Positions 33,105-53,095 of a DNA stretch of 64,000 nucleotides are shown here, one piece after another (the first letter of the stretch is position 1; each line of letters starts with the position of its first letter). The DNA comes from Podarcis filfolensis. Taxonomy: Eukaryota. The notes under the pieces are model-generated. The model did not search any database and was not told the origin of the DNA. It saw nothing but the letters and a program-made list of their open reading frames with translations. The position numbers and the translations under genes are program-made. The stretch lies in NCBI GenBank assembly GCA_964270895.1, contig OZ185435.1; one strand, 5' to 3'.

Positions 33105-33656
33105 TGAAGGGATAACTCACTCTTTAAAACAGGTGGGGAACCTTCAAACAACCAAGCCATCAGGAGCAAGCTACGCCCACCTGCCCTACACCTGACAACA
33201 GGTGAAGGGCATGTAAAGGCAGGGCTTGGCAGGATCCACCAATTGGCTTACCAAGAGCCTAAGCATCAGCTGGTTGTCAGGTACTTGGAAAGTGCTCTTC
33301 AAGGGGCTTCCTTTGGAAAGAACAAAAGGCTCTGTTCTTACAAGTACTTATTTTCTCCAAAGGTCAGCAGGTTTGGAGTTACTGTATATCAGCTGATAGG
33401 TGGTAACTCCAAACCATTTGAATCAGCTCTGTGTTCAAGTGTCCCGTAGGAAGCTTGGTCACACCACCAATCCCTGCAGAAAGAAGGTTTAAAACAAGTT
33501 ACTTCTTGTCAGCTGAATTCCAAGTCTCTGGTGCTTCAAAGCACCACACAGGGCTATTTGCAAGCTCTGCACGTCGCTGTGAAGTCCTCACATGTGGCAG
33601 ATCTTCTCTCTCCCTGTGATGAATTTGACAAATGTGCAGACTGTTGCATCTGGCTT

Positions 33657-34187
<531 letters not shown>

Positions 34188-34291
34188 TAGGTTTGTTCTC
34201 TTCAGCCTTCAGAAAATACATTGTGCTTTTTGGGGAAGGGAAGGGAGACATCTGGCAAAAGCCAATGCCTATTTTTGTTTTAATGCTCTAG

Positions 34292-34486
34292 GCCCAGCTT
34301 GTTGTCCTGTCAGCCCAGATTGCCTGGTCAGAAAACGTGGAGTCTGCTTTGAGTGGCATGGGCGGGGGCGGTGACAGCAGCCCTCTGCAGTCTGTGCTGA
34401 CCAATGTTGAGGTCACCCTGAATGTGCTTGCAGACTCTGTGCTGATGGAGCAGCCACCTCTCCGCAGAAGGAAGTTGGAACACCTG
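34292..34486 (+). CDS. DYNC1H1: DYNC1H1 exon 26
   Basis: ag|[12 protein letters not shown]...KLEHL|gtaagc, 195 nt. Confidence 0.96.
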
Positions 34487-34560
34487 GTAAGCCGCAGCCT
34501 TCGTTATGCTCTCTAGACGCCCCATCTCCAATTGCTTTTAAACATGATGGTGTTTCATGA

Positions 34561-34986
<426 letters not shown>

Positions 34987-35295
34987 TAATAGCTGCACAG
35001 ATAATTTAGTCTTATCTAAAAGGATCTCGGGGTTTGCTTTGAGACATATAATACAGCAGTCTTGCTGAAACTAAACACATCTACTTAATTACGGGATAGA
35101 AGATCCCCTGCGAGTCCTTTGTACAATGCCTTAGGGTTCTAGTTTGGTATCGAACTGGAATTCGAATTGCATCCTCCAAAGACTGAGGGTTATAAGAAAA
35201 TTGTATGGCTATAAAGTGGTAACAATTGTTGGGCATGGCTATTATTTGGAAGTGATGGTTAAGGTGACATGAAACATGTCTCTTTTTTTATTTAA

Positions 35296-35586
<291 letters not shown>

Positions 35587-35715
35587 TAGGATGCCCTGCC
35601 CAATAATAGCAATTTCTGCCTCTCTAAAACTTAAGGGAAAATCCAACCCCGTTTTACAACTGTTCAGTCTACTATTCTGCCATATAATACTCCACAGCTT
35701 CTCAGTGTTCATTAA

Positions 35716-35961
<246 letters not shown>

Positions 35962-36554
35962 TGAAACAAACTCTGGGGGCCCCCCGACCAATTAACATCT
36001 CTCTTAAAATTGGACATTATAAACACGGGTTCTATCACTGTGCTATATTTTTGCTAGTCCACTGTCACAGTGGCAACAGCCTCACATGCTCAGGGTGAGA
36101 CAAGCACTAGAGTCAGGCAGGCAAGTGGGTGGGGATGGGGCAGAGGAGTGAGCAAAGCAATAGGGGTGGTGGGCCAGTGAGCTGGGCTTAGGGAAGTGGG
36201 GCAGGTCAGCTGAGAGAGGTGGGGTGGTGGGTTGAGTGAGAGGGGTGGCACAGGTGAGCTGCAAAGGTTTGATGAGTAAGGGGATGGGCTATGGGGAGCA
36301 GGTGCTTGGACAAAGAGTAGGGGGAAAGGAGGGGACTTTGGAGAGGAGGGAGCTTGGAGACCTAAGCAAGCAAGAGTCATCAGCCCCTAGTATTTCAATA
36401 TAAGTGGCTTTTATTGGGAGAAGGTATGGAATCCACAAAGAACAGAAGTCTGAGTAATTCATGCTTCCCTGTCTTTCCCTAAAGACTAGGGTGGTTTATG
36501 TTTCTGTGTCGCTTCTCTGAGAATTCTTTACCTCTTTGGGCTTTGGAAGTCTAA

Positions 36555-36893
<339 letters not shown>

Positions 36894-37069
36894 TAAGAAA
36901 CACTGCTGGTAGTAGAAGCACATAGCATGATTTGTTCTTAGAGCTGTGTGAATTCAGCATTAACTGGCCCAACCTGCTGCCAGCACTGTTATATTTCTGA
37001 AACTTAATCGTCAATTATTTTGATGCGTCTGACTGTGCTTAGATCATTTCTCAGGCAACCGTAGTATAA

Positions 37070-37321
<252 letters not shown>

Positions 37322-37639
37322 TAGCCTGGGTTTACATGTGACAGAACGAATGTATAGTTACATACACAGATGCTTGGAGACTATGGACGCACAAAAGGAG
37401 TATGGTGTTAAATTGATTGTTTTCTTGCACCCTGTATTCAAGCCTATCCTGCCTCTTGCTGCTGTAGATGTTGCTTTAGCTGGCTACCATGTTGCTTTAG
37501 CTGCTGTTCATCATGAAGGTGAACAAACTTCATGTCCTCTCCATAGTATAGAATCTAAAAATCTAAAGGAAAATTCAGTAATTGACATTGCATCATTCAC
37601 AAAGCTTTTATTTCTGTACATTTTATCTAGCATGTAGAT

Positions 37640-37742
37640 CTTATTTGTGCTTCTATTTTGCATTTTTAACTTGCGAACCACCCTGAGATTTTTGGATGAA
37701 GGGTGGTATATAAAGTTAGTAAATAACAATAATAATAATAAT
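37640..37742 (+). mobile_element. L2 3' tail with (AAT)n
   Basis: TTGCGAACCACCCTGAGATT...GATGAAGGGTGGTATATAAA...AATAATAATAAT. Confidence 0.55.
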
Positions 37743-37866
37743 TAAAAAGTATTTCTGATGTAGGATCTCAATTTTGATATTGTACCCAGAAGTATCACTT
37801 GAGTATTTTCATGATGCTTCTCACACAAGTTAATAAGCAAGTTGGTTTTTTTGTTCTTCTGTGTAG

Positions 37867-38298
<432 letters not shown>

Positions 38299-38399
38299 TG
38301 ATGGCCTTCCTTGTTTTTGGACCATGACAGTTGGACCCACCCAAAGCATTCTACATTAAGATGTTCCTCATTCAACACTTTGATTTTTCTCCTCCATAG

Positions 38400-38639
<240 letters not shown>

Positions 38640-38691
38640 TGAGTGTGTGCTATAAGTAAAGGTGTGAGCTAGAAATTTCTCCCTGGTGTAG

Positions 38692-38934
<243 letters not shown>

Positions 38935-39330
38935 TAAGAAAATAAATCTGCTTGGACAATATAGCCGGATTGGCAAAATTTCTGGTAATTTTGAGATGCT
39001 TGTGTCAGCCAGGAAATTCATTTTAAGGTGTTTCCAGCAGACACAGTTTGTTACTCCCTGGTTTTGTCATGTTGGGCTTTGCCAGTTAGATAATCCCATT
39101 AGATTATGAGGAACTGCCTTACTTAAAGGGCTGGCTATAAAATATTACTTGAGGTTTAACTTGTACCATTCTGATTGCAATGCTGTCTTAATGCTCCCAG
39201 TGGCCTCTTAACAGGGCATGGGCCAAGGTTAGTCGAAGGAGAAAACTCTTAGAAGTTAGACACAGCTGTGTCCTCAGATAATTTTGAGGCCGGCACTGGT
39301 TTCTAAGCCATCTTTCTGCTTTTTCCATAG

Positions 39331-39561
<231 letters not shown>

Positions 39562-39584
39562 TAGTTCAAGAGTATATAACATGA

Positions 39585-39932
<348 letters not shown>

Positions 39933-40043
39933 TAAATAAAAAAGAGGAAACTGTCAAGCTGCCAGCCTTGTTAATTAATCTTGCTGTTAGTTTTCATGTG
40001 GCTCTCTTGTGTGGGATTCCCTTTTTTTCTGCACTTTTACTGA

Positions 40044-40259
<216 letters not shown>

Positions 40260-40891
40260 TGATGCTATTTGCACAAAACTTAATTAATACAACAAAATAG
40301 ATGATTTGATAGCCTTCTTCCAAAGACTTAGCAGCAGCATATTTATTCAGTGCACTTACATTTTGGACGTGCGCTTAACTAAACAAATTTCTTGGTGATT
40401 AGAATCTAAGGCTGTCATCAGATTTAAAGACTGATCCTTGAGCCTTGTTGATCTGGTTGGTTTTTAATTCATACACTTGTATATCAGAATAAATAAGTTC
40501 AAAAGAAAAGCATACTTTGCTTTTAGATGGTATACTCAGGTATTTTAGAGTCATTTTCCACCACTCACTCAGAAGTGTATTAGCTGCTGTCTGTAATGAG
40601 TTTCTTTGTTAAAATCTTTTATAAAGTGTTCTTAATTTGCTGTCAGCTTAGTGGAGACACTTCAGGTTTTTTTTAATTCCAGCGAACAAAAGCAGAGCCA
40701 ACATAAATATATAGAAGCCAGTAGTACCAACAATATATACACAAACTTATTTTAAATGCTTTTGATCAGCTTAATTTTGCAATTAATGTTAAACCTTGAA
40801 GTAGCTGCTTTAAACAACACCAAGTTGTTGCTTTGGCAGCAATAGAAGCAGATAATACCGGATACTTAATTTTCTTTCTCTCCCTCCATAG

Positions 40892-41173
<282 letters not shown>

Positions 41174-41617
41174 TGAGTAACCACATTTGCAGGCTTTAAA
41201 ATGCCACTGAGCTGCAGAAGATCAGAATAATTTATTCATCTTCCACGGTTAATTAAATCTCTCTGCACAACAATGCAATAAGCAGAACGAGCGAGGAGGC
41301 ACTCATTCCTCTCTATTTTTGCCAAGCCGTTGTGTAGATAGTTCATTACTGCCTCTGAGCCAGAATGGTTTGTTAGTTTAAGAACTTTAGATACCACTTT
41401 TCAAGTTTACAAAAAGCAGTTAAAACAAATTCAGCTAACCTGGCATGCTAGCAGAAGAGCACGATGTTGACTTCCTCCCATAGAAACATTAGCAGCATTC
41501 ATAAAGAACAAAGGAAGGCGAGCAACAAAACTTTAAAAGCTGTCACCAGTCGGCAGTGTTTATGCCTCTTGGATCTTGCCGCATATTCCTTTTCTGATCA
41601 CATCCTTGCATTTTTAG

Positions 41618-42027
<410 letters not shown>

Positions 42028-42337
42028 TAATGTGTCCACATTGCTGTTGATAAGTTGCTGGAGCTTTAAGGATCAAACCTGCAGTCCACATTCATATTAA
42101 TGTGCTTTACTAAGAAGTAGGATTCAGCCTTTCAAATGCTCTATTAATGCTTTGGCTGCTGGAATGTAGAACTTCAGAGTCTTTTTGTTGTTGCAGTAGG
42201 CTTTGCACGCTAGTTCTGACACCTTGAACGTGGCCTGGCATCTCAATAGCAGCCAGTGCTGTGCTTTCAGGAGCAGTGAAAGCTTTCAGGATCTGTTTTT
42301 ACCATATCTAGACCCATGTATTTAGCCTAATAGCTGA

Positions 42338-42586
<249 letters not shown>

Positions 42587-42589
42587 TAG

Positions 42590-42817
<228 letters not shown>

Positions 42818-42827
42818 TAAAGTGTGA

Positions 42828-42970
42828 AATCATAGAATTGCAGAGTTGAAGGGACACTGAGGGTCATTTAGTTCAACCCCCTGCAATGCAGGATTGCACA
42901 GCTGTCCCATAGGGGGATCGAACCTGCAAACTTGACATTATCTGCACCATGCTGTCTCCAACTGAGATCA
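42828..42970 (-). mobile_element. tRNA-derived SINE with CR1-type 3' tail
   Basis: Reverse complement: CTCAGTTGG...GGTTCGATCCCC...TCCTGCATTGCAGGGGGTTGAACTA...CCCTTCAACTCTGCAATTCTATGATT; same body as the copy at 50756. Confidence 0.75.
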
Positions 42971-43019
42971 CAGTATACTTTTTAAAACTCCTTTTTGGTA
43001 GGAGGCAGGGTACACAGTC

Positions 43020-43176
43020 TCTTTCCCAACCCCAATTTTATGCTCTCAACAACCCATGAGCGAGGCTGAAACACAGTGGCTGCTCCGTGGTCACCCAGTG
43101 AGCTTCATGGCTGATTAGGGATTTCAATTCTGGCCTCCCAGTTCCTAGTCCAACACTAGGCACTGCACCTCACTGG
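43020..43176 (-). mobile_element. Degraded Squam3/MIR-like SINE
   Basis: Reverse complement: CCAGTGAGGTGCAGTG...TGTTGGACTAGGAACTGGGAG...GCCATGAAGCTCACTGGGTGACC. Confidence 0.6.
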
Positions 43177-44014
43177 AATAAAGTGTGACTGCACACTTGG
43201 TAGTATAATACCGTAGTCCACAAGCATTCAGGCTGCAAAGAATTCCTCTTGTGTGTTCAGACTGGAGCAAGTCGTTCCAATATGTTTTTCTTAATTAACA
43301 CAACACAGTTTACTGTACTGTAAATAAGCCCTTTCTAGTAAATGCACATGTTTTTGATGAAATAGAAGGATGCACATTACCATAAATTCAGTTTGCCATT
43401 TGTTCACCAGTAGCTGGCATCTCTAGGTAGGGTAGGAAAGACTGAGAGATGTACCAGTTGTCTAACTTAGTATAAGGTAGCTTCTTAGATCCCTGGGGTT
43501 TGGCTTTTTTGGCTTTTTGTTGGGGGTGGAAAGTTAGTGGAAGTATTTATTGGTCCTGTTTCAGTATCACTGCTATGGGCCATTTTTCCACCCAAATCTT
43601 AGTGCAGGAAAAAATGGACAGCTAACTGGGGGGAAAGTGTATTTAAAACATGTTTAGATACCTCTTGAGATTTGTGAGCAAATTTCAAGTTAACTGAGCA
43701 CTACTTTTCACACCTCATAATTTGAACTCTGGGCATATGATGTAAATGCCAGTGTCAAGGTTCAAAAGATGAGACAAACTCAGAGGGAAATTGCTTAGTT
43801 ATAGGAATATTCAGAACATGAATTACTTGCCAGTGATGTCCCTGAATCTTAGACCGTTGCAAGTGATATGCAACCATTACGTTTCACTAGTAGTTGGGAG
43901 AAGTGCATTTCACACTTTTGAAACAGTATTAACGCCAAAGCTTATCTATCATGAAGTCTTAACTTCAAGCTGTTAATGTGCTTTCTAATACTAATGGTTG
44001 CTCCTTTTATCTAG

Positions 44015-44144
44015 GCTTGTGGAAGATGAGGAGAGACGGTGGACTGATGAAAACATTGACATGGTAGCTCTGAAGCACTTCCCCAACATAGACAAAGAGA
44101 AAGCAATGGCCAGGCCCATTCTGTACAGCAATTGGCTATCCAAG
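44015..44144 (+). CDS. DYNC1H1: DYNC1H1 exon 43
   Basis: ag|[11 protein letters not shown]...NWLSK|gtataa, 130 nt. Confidence 0.96.
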
Positions 44145-45126
44145 GTATAAGCTCTGCTGGTTACTTAAACTTTAATACATTGATACATTGCTTTAGTTCG
44201 TGGTTATATGGAAGTGTGCTGCATTTAATTTTTTCTGCTTTTTCGGTTGATGGAGAAAGCCTATGACATTAAAACTTCTCCTTTAATCAGTTGCAAGTTG
44301 TATTATCATGACTTAATCATTGGTAGCAGATGTTGACTTGGTTTGAATAATATTTCTTCTAATAATTTAGAGCATAATTACATTTGGTGTGTTTACATCG
44401 GAAGTTACAGTCTTGACCTCGCTTTAAAAACTTCCTTGGTTATCAGGGCACAGCTATCCTTTTGAGGATGAGCACCTCTCAATTTCCCCCCGGTGTAACG
44501 AACCGTAGCTACTATCTGTTTTAGTGTGAGATTCATGCAAGAATTGAGCTACCTGGGATTTTGAGTGTCTCTTAAAATGTAATTAGGTGCACATTTTATC
44601 CATATTTCCTTCAGGCAGAATGTTTGCCTGTATGGGAATTGAGTTGTCCCCTTGTCCAACTCACATACATTTCGCCTCTTCTGCTTCCCTTCTTGTAAAA
44701 ATGAGTCTACGACTGCTGGCTACTTGGCCAGCAGCTGATGAAAAGTATGATCAGGGTTGGCACTAAGCACATTGCAGCAAACTGGGCACCTGGAGGCTGC
44801 ATGTTGCATCCAGCCTATGTGCAAAATTCTCCCACGTGGCTGTCTTGATTCTTGCCCTTCAGCTGATGTTCTGCAAACTTCACTAGATTTTTTCAGGGAT
44901 TACTTCTCATTCCCCATCTTGGGAAGACTCATTTGCCTGTTGCCCACCAGTTTCCTACTTGGGAAAAGCTTGGGGATTATTGTTAGTCAACTAATTGAGG
45001 TGGGTGGATAAGCTTCATGAATAGGCAATACTTTGTGCATCTTCAGATACTGTCATAAGCAAGGACAGCTCTAATGCTGATGCTTTATGGTTTGCAAGTA
45101 TATAAGTTGTTTGCACTGTCTTTTAG

Positions 45127-45279
<153 letters not shown>

Positions 45280-45338
45280 TAAACTTTTTTCCAGTTGCAG
45301 CACCTTGGCAAATACATTTCTAAACTAGTCTAGTATGT

Positions 45339-45392
45339 ATTTAGAAAGGGGATACAGTTTTTTTATTTAGAAAGGGGATACAGTTTTTTTTT
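45339..45392. repeat. Short tandem duplication (two ~27-nt units)
   Basis: ATTTAGAAAGGGGATACAGTTTTTTT repeated twice. Confidence 0.85.
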
Positions 45393-45554
45393 ATCACATT
45401 GAGTGCTAAAGCAGGAACACAAAGAATACTGCCTACTATGTACCAGTAATGCATATGTATTTTTGTAGGCGATGGTTGTTTACCAGTTACTTCTACAACA
45501 TTGAAAACAATATAATTTAACCCCTGAGTAAGCATGCATGGGATTGTCTGCTAG

Positions 45555-45731
<177 letters not shown>

Positions 45732-45787
45732 TGAAGGTCCAGCTTCTGTTTCTTGCAGCATTAAATCAAGCTTGGCAGGCTAGATAA

Positions 45788-46135
<348 letters not shown>

Positions 46136-46238
46136 TAGAGGCTCTTATTTCAGATTGTCATTGGATCCTCATCAATATTTGTCTCAACGCAAAATTCAGA
46201 GACCTGTCTGTAAATTAACGAGTCTCTCTTCCATTTAG

Positions 46239-46502
<264 letters not shown>

Positions 46503-46546
46503 TAATTCAGATGAGCAGGATTATAAACTACGGTTAGTCTTCATAG

Positions 46547-46843
<297 letters not shown>

Positions 46844-46867
46844 TAAAATACGTACATCAGTTTTTAA

Positions 46868-47068
<201 letters not shown>

Positions 47069-47177
47069 TGAGTCTTAAGGAAAGAGCATTGGAAGAAGGA
47101 AGAAACCATTCATGACAATCCTTGGAAGTTGTCTTGAAAAGAGTTCACTGTAATTGAGAATTTGCTGTCGGTTCTAG

Positions 47178-47351
<174 letters not shown>

Positions 47352-47368
47352 TAACTCAGAGCAGATAG

Positions 47369-47539
<171 letters not shown>

Positions 47540-48076
47540 TGAAAGTCATCTGTTGGGCAGCTTTTCAGTGCATTCCAATATGCTGCGTGCAACAGGCACA
47601 TTTTGCTCCATGCTTTCGAATATGCCCTTTACGGCTCCCCAAAAAAATCAGTGCATTTTGGCTTGTCAGCTTAATTCTTCTGGGTAATACTTTGATCAAT
47701 AATCAGGTTCGGGCTCTGATTGATTAGAAGCACAAGTAGTGCAGCTTTCCAGAATGCCAGATCATGTTGCTAGATAATCCACATTGTATATGGATGTTGC
47801 TGTCTTTAAATAAAAGGCTTTGAGTACAAAAGCATTCTTTTAAAAACAAAACCAAGAAGTTCATCTGCCATGATAAAAAGTACCCAGTCTGGCTATGCCT
47901 TTGACAAAGGCTTTGCAGTTGCTTATCATAGTTTTGTGTGTTTTGAAATGGTGTTTCTGAAGGCTGAGAATCTGGGAAACATCCAGGTCCTTTTCCCTTG
48001 GCTTTAAAAAAACAGTGGGAGGTGTGCCTGGTAAATTGTGCCTTTCGTTTTTTAAATCAAGGTTGATTTTTGCTGA

Positions 48077-48388
<312 letters not shown>

Positions 48389-48693
48389 TGAATAATTGGC
48401 AGGTTTACAGTGGCTGCTGCAGGGAACAGAAATAAATGGTTCACGAAGACTCCTGCAACACTTATTGCATGTTGCAGATAAAAGGCATAAATTTTTAGGG
48501 CTCAATTTCTGCTTCAAATTATCAAATCTCATCTTGATTCAAGGAGAACATTCTCAGAAAGAAACTCTCCATTCAGTGGATTCCATTGTGGCCAAATCTC
48601 AGTCTTGGAACCAAATTTCTTTCTCCTATTCCCAGCAGCAGCCTTCAGTGTTTGTTTTTGCATGCTGAACCCTTTTTTCCCTCCCCTTAATAG

Positions 48694-48889
48694 CTGTGAG
48701 CTCTATAAAGAAGCAGCACCTTATTGAAGTAAGAGCTATGGGCAACCCACCTGCGGCAGTAAAACTGGCTTTAGAATCCATCTGTCTCCTGTTGGGTGAG
48801 GAGACGAATGACTGGAAAAAGATCAGGCCAGTTATTCTGAAAGATAATTTCATCACCAGCATTGTCAACTTTAATATTGAAGACATGAG
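48694..48889 (+). CDS. DYNC1H1: DYNC1H1 exon 52b, tandem paralogous MTBD exon (putative mutually exclusive alternative)
   Basis: ccttttttccctccccttaatag|(A)[64 protein letters not shown](S)|gtattt, 196 nt, same phases as 52a, no stops or indels. Usage itself is inferred. Confidence 0.85.
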
Positions 48890-48966
48890 GTATTTGTGTT
48901 CTATAGCTTTGCTTACCAAGGTGATGGGATAACTTGCAGGCTTGGCAATTGCATGCTGGATGGTAA

Positions 48967-49215
<249 letters not shown>

Positions 49216-49334
49216 TGAAGGTGGTTTCCTGCCTCTTGCTGTTTAGCTCAGCGGGTCACTGACAATCCCACAGTGGCTTTAAAAATAACAAAGCTTTAAA
49301 ACCAGAACTGTTTAAGCGTCCCAGAACTGAGTGA

Positions 49335-49586
<252 letters not shown>

Positions 49587-50251
49587 TAGCCATGAGTTTA
49601 TCCTTGTTGCGCTTCCTTAGAAATGTGTCTGTGGTTTCCCACTTTTATCACGTCTCCTTAAGGGCTTACATTATAGCTGCAACCTTGAGTGGTCTAGCTG
49701 AGGGAAGCAAAAAGATAATAGAATGTGTGCTTCTAAGCATTCTACACAATTTCCTTGTTAGTGCTCTTTGTTCAGGCATGAATTTAAAATCCAAAGTTCA
49801 TTTGTATATTGAAGAGAGTTTACTTATTTTGCTTCTATATTTAATACCAATAGCATAGTTAGGTAATCTATAAATTTGTCCACGTTAATAAATGCAGTAT
49901 AATTTATATAGTTTTAGAAGCTTAATTTAAAAATGTGTGTATCACTACTTCTGTGTCTTCTGTAATAATTCCTACAGCTGCCTAGTGCTGCATATATTCT
50001 AGGTTTTAAGGCTGCCTTTTAAGCCAAACTTGATAAGCAGACAATTTTGCTATGCTTCTTTGTTGATGCTAGCTGCATTTTCTAATAAAAAATAAAGTTG
50101 TGGTTATGCTCCCCTTTCCTCAGCCTCCTAGGTATTTGAAATGTGTGTTTCGTAATAGGATGCTGAAAACCTGGCCCTGTATCTGGTGCAATTACAAATT
50201 TCTCCGTGTTTTCAAAGGCAGGTAGTAATCTTCAATCCAGTTTTGGTTTAA

Positions 50252-50503
<252 letters not shown>

Positions 50504-50755
50504 TAGGTCATAAAGACAGCTGCTATTTACTTGAAATAATTGGAGCATTTCACTTTATGGTACACCTTCCTCTTCCGTGAAGCTCAGAACAGCTTCTGCA
50601 TGTTTCACACGTGGTCTCCCACCTGAGCAGCTTACAAAACCAGATACGCTCTGCAGAACCATCATGTCCCTTCAGGCCATTTTATTTTGTTCCCAGATGT
50701 CTGATGATTTTATAAGGTGGCCGATAATAAAGGGTGATGCAACATGGGTATTTTA

Positions 50756-50903
50756 GGATGGGATAGTTCAGTTGGTAGAGCATAAGACTTTTACCGTCAG
50801 GGTCGTGGGTTCAAGCCCCGGGTTAGACGAAAGATTCCTGCATTGCAGGTATTTGGACTAGGTGATCCTCAGGGTCCCTTCCAACTCTACAATTCTACGA
50901 TTC
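50756..50903 (+). mobile_element. tRNA(Lys)-derived SINE with CR1-type 3' tail
   Basis: Head TAGTTCAGTTGGTAGAGCATAAGACT...AGGGTCGTGGGTTCAAGCCCC, then TCCTGCATTGCAGG...GGTCCCTTCCAACTCTACAATTCTACGATTC. Confidence 0.8.
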
Positions 50904-51090
50904 GTCAACACTATTGCCATCACCTCCTTTGACTTCAAGCTCTGCCCCCACTTTGCCATAAATGGCAGTGAGTGAATATGGTCTGCAGCCAAGAGAATGC
51001 CAATGTTTGTGGGAGCCCAAAGCCATAAGTAGCACAAAGACAACTGATTGCTTCACCTAGTCACAAAAGTTTGTCAGTTCTTGGCTATGA

Positions 51091-51264
<174 letters not shown>

Positions 51265-51940
51265 TAATTTTGTGCATACCAATGGCTTCTTCAGGCCAGA
51301 AAAGCTTTCCAGTGGAAGTACCATTTCAACCTTTCTGATGTGATCATTTCTGTCCAGGCTTTCTTTAGTGATTATGAGTGTTTTGGAATTGCCTGGGCTC
51401 TCGGCATTTAGATAAGAAGCCTTGTTAAAAGACAGGTGAAACCTGCTCATTCAACACATTGTGAGCACAGAGTTATTTGCCAGAGGATATTGTGAATGGC
51501 CGCTGGCACAGACAGCATGTGCTAGGAAAATTTTGTGGAGAAGTCTAGCATAGTCTTAAAATGAAAATTTCAAGTGGCGTCTGGCAAAACCACTGTTCGA
51601 AGAATTGCCATGCTAGATCAGAGCACTCTATAGTCAGAATGGAAATTTAGAAGCTCAAAAAGGTAATGTAACTTTGAGCCCAACTATTTCAATAGTAAAG
51701 ACTGGACGATATACACATACATTACGTGCAACACTCACAATTTCTGAAGTAAAAATTATTCCAGGCCCCTATTTGGTATCTGCAGCATATCAAAATACAA
51801 ACTAAAGGCTTTTCAAAATACTTGAAGGACACCTAGTATAGCCAATTGTAAACTTTTTATCTGTTCCATGAATCCATAAATTGAAAGTGCTTCTTCCGTT
51901 AATATATGTTGAACAAATCTCTTCCTCCTGGGCTCTCTGA

Positions 51941-52162
<222 letters not shown>

Positions 52163-52550
52163 TGAGTTGTTGAAACAAATATTGTGTAACTTGAATAAAA
52201 GGGCTTCAGAAAAGCTGAAAGATGAGTACTCCACATAATATCAGAAAGACCACGATCAAGATCCAAGGAACTGTAACATTAGTTCCATGAGCCCAAGGGG
52301 ATTTGGACTTAGCACTGTGTGGAAAACAGCTTTGGAAACTTGGGGAGAGACTCTTCAAAAGGCAGCTTGTAATACAGCATGGGAATTTGCGGTTCTAATT
52401 AAAACGAGAGATCTCAATGGGTTTAAACTCTTGGGTGTGCCTAAAAGCAACTTTTGGAGTCCCAGCCTATATCTGGATTGCTTTTTAGAACCAACTCCAG
52501 AGTTGAAGGGAAGTACAATTCTTAATACTTAAATTATTTCCCCTATCTGA

Positions 52551-52775
<225 letters not shown>

Positions 52776-52803
52776 TAAAAGGTGACTATGCTCTGTTCGG
52801 TAG

Positions 52804-53010
<207 letters not shown>

Positions 53011-53095
53011 TAAAACAAACTAGAGATACTTGCAGAATCTCCCTCTGCTGCATTCTGACCCAGATTGTATAGTTCTGCACACACACAGGTATGTT

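Noticed and set aside
44925-45011. ttttttcag-GGATTAC as a second duplicated exon resembling exon 44 (DY...)
   Set aside because: Similarity stops after two codons, the peptide is unrelated to dynein, and there is no matching donor or length.
50756-50830. tRNA-Lys-like sequence as a real tRNA gene
   Set aside because: Acceptor and anticodon stems do not pair properly, and it runs straight into a SINE body with a CR1-type tail shared with another copy.
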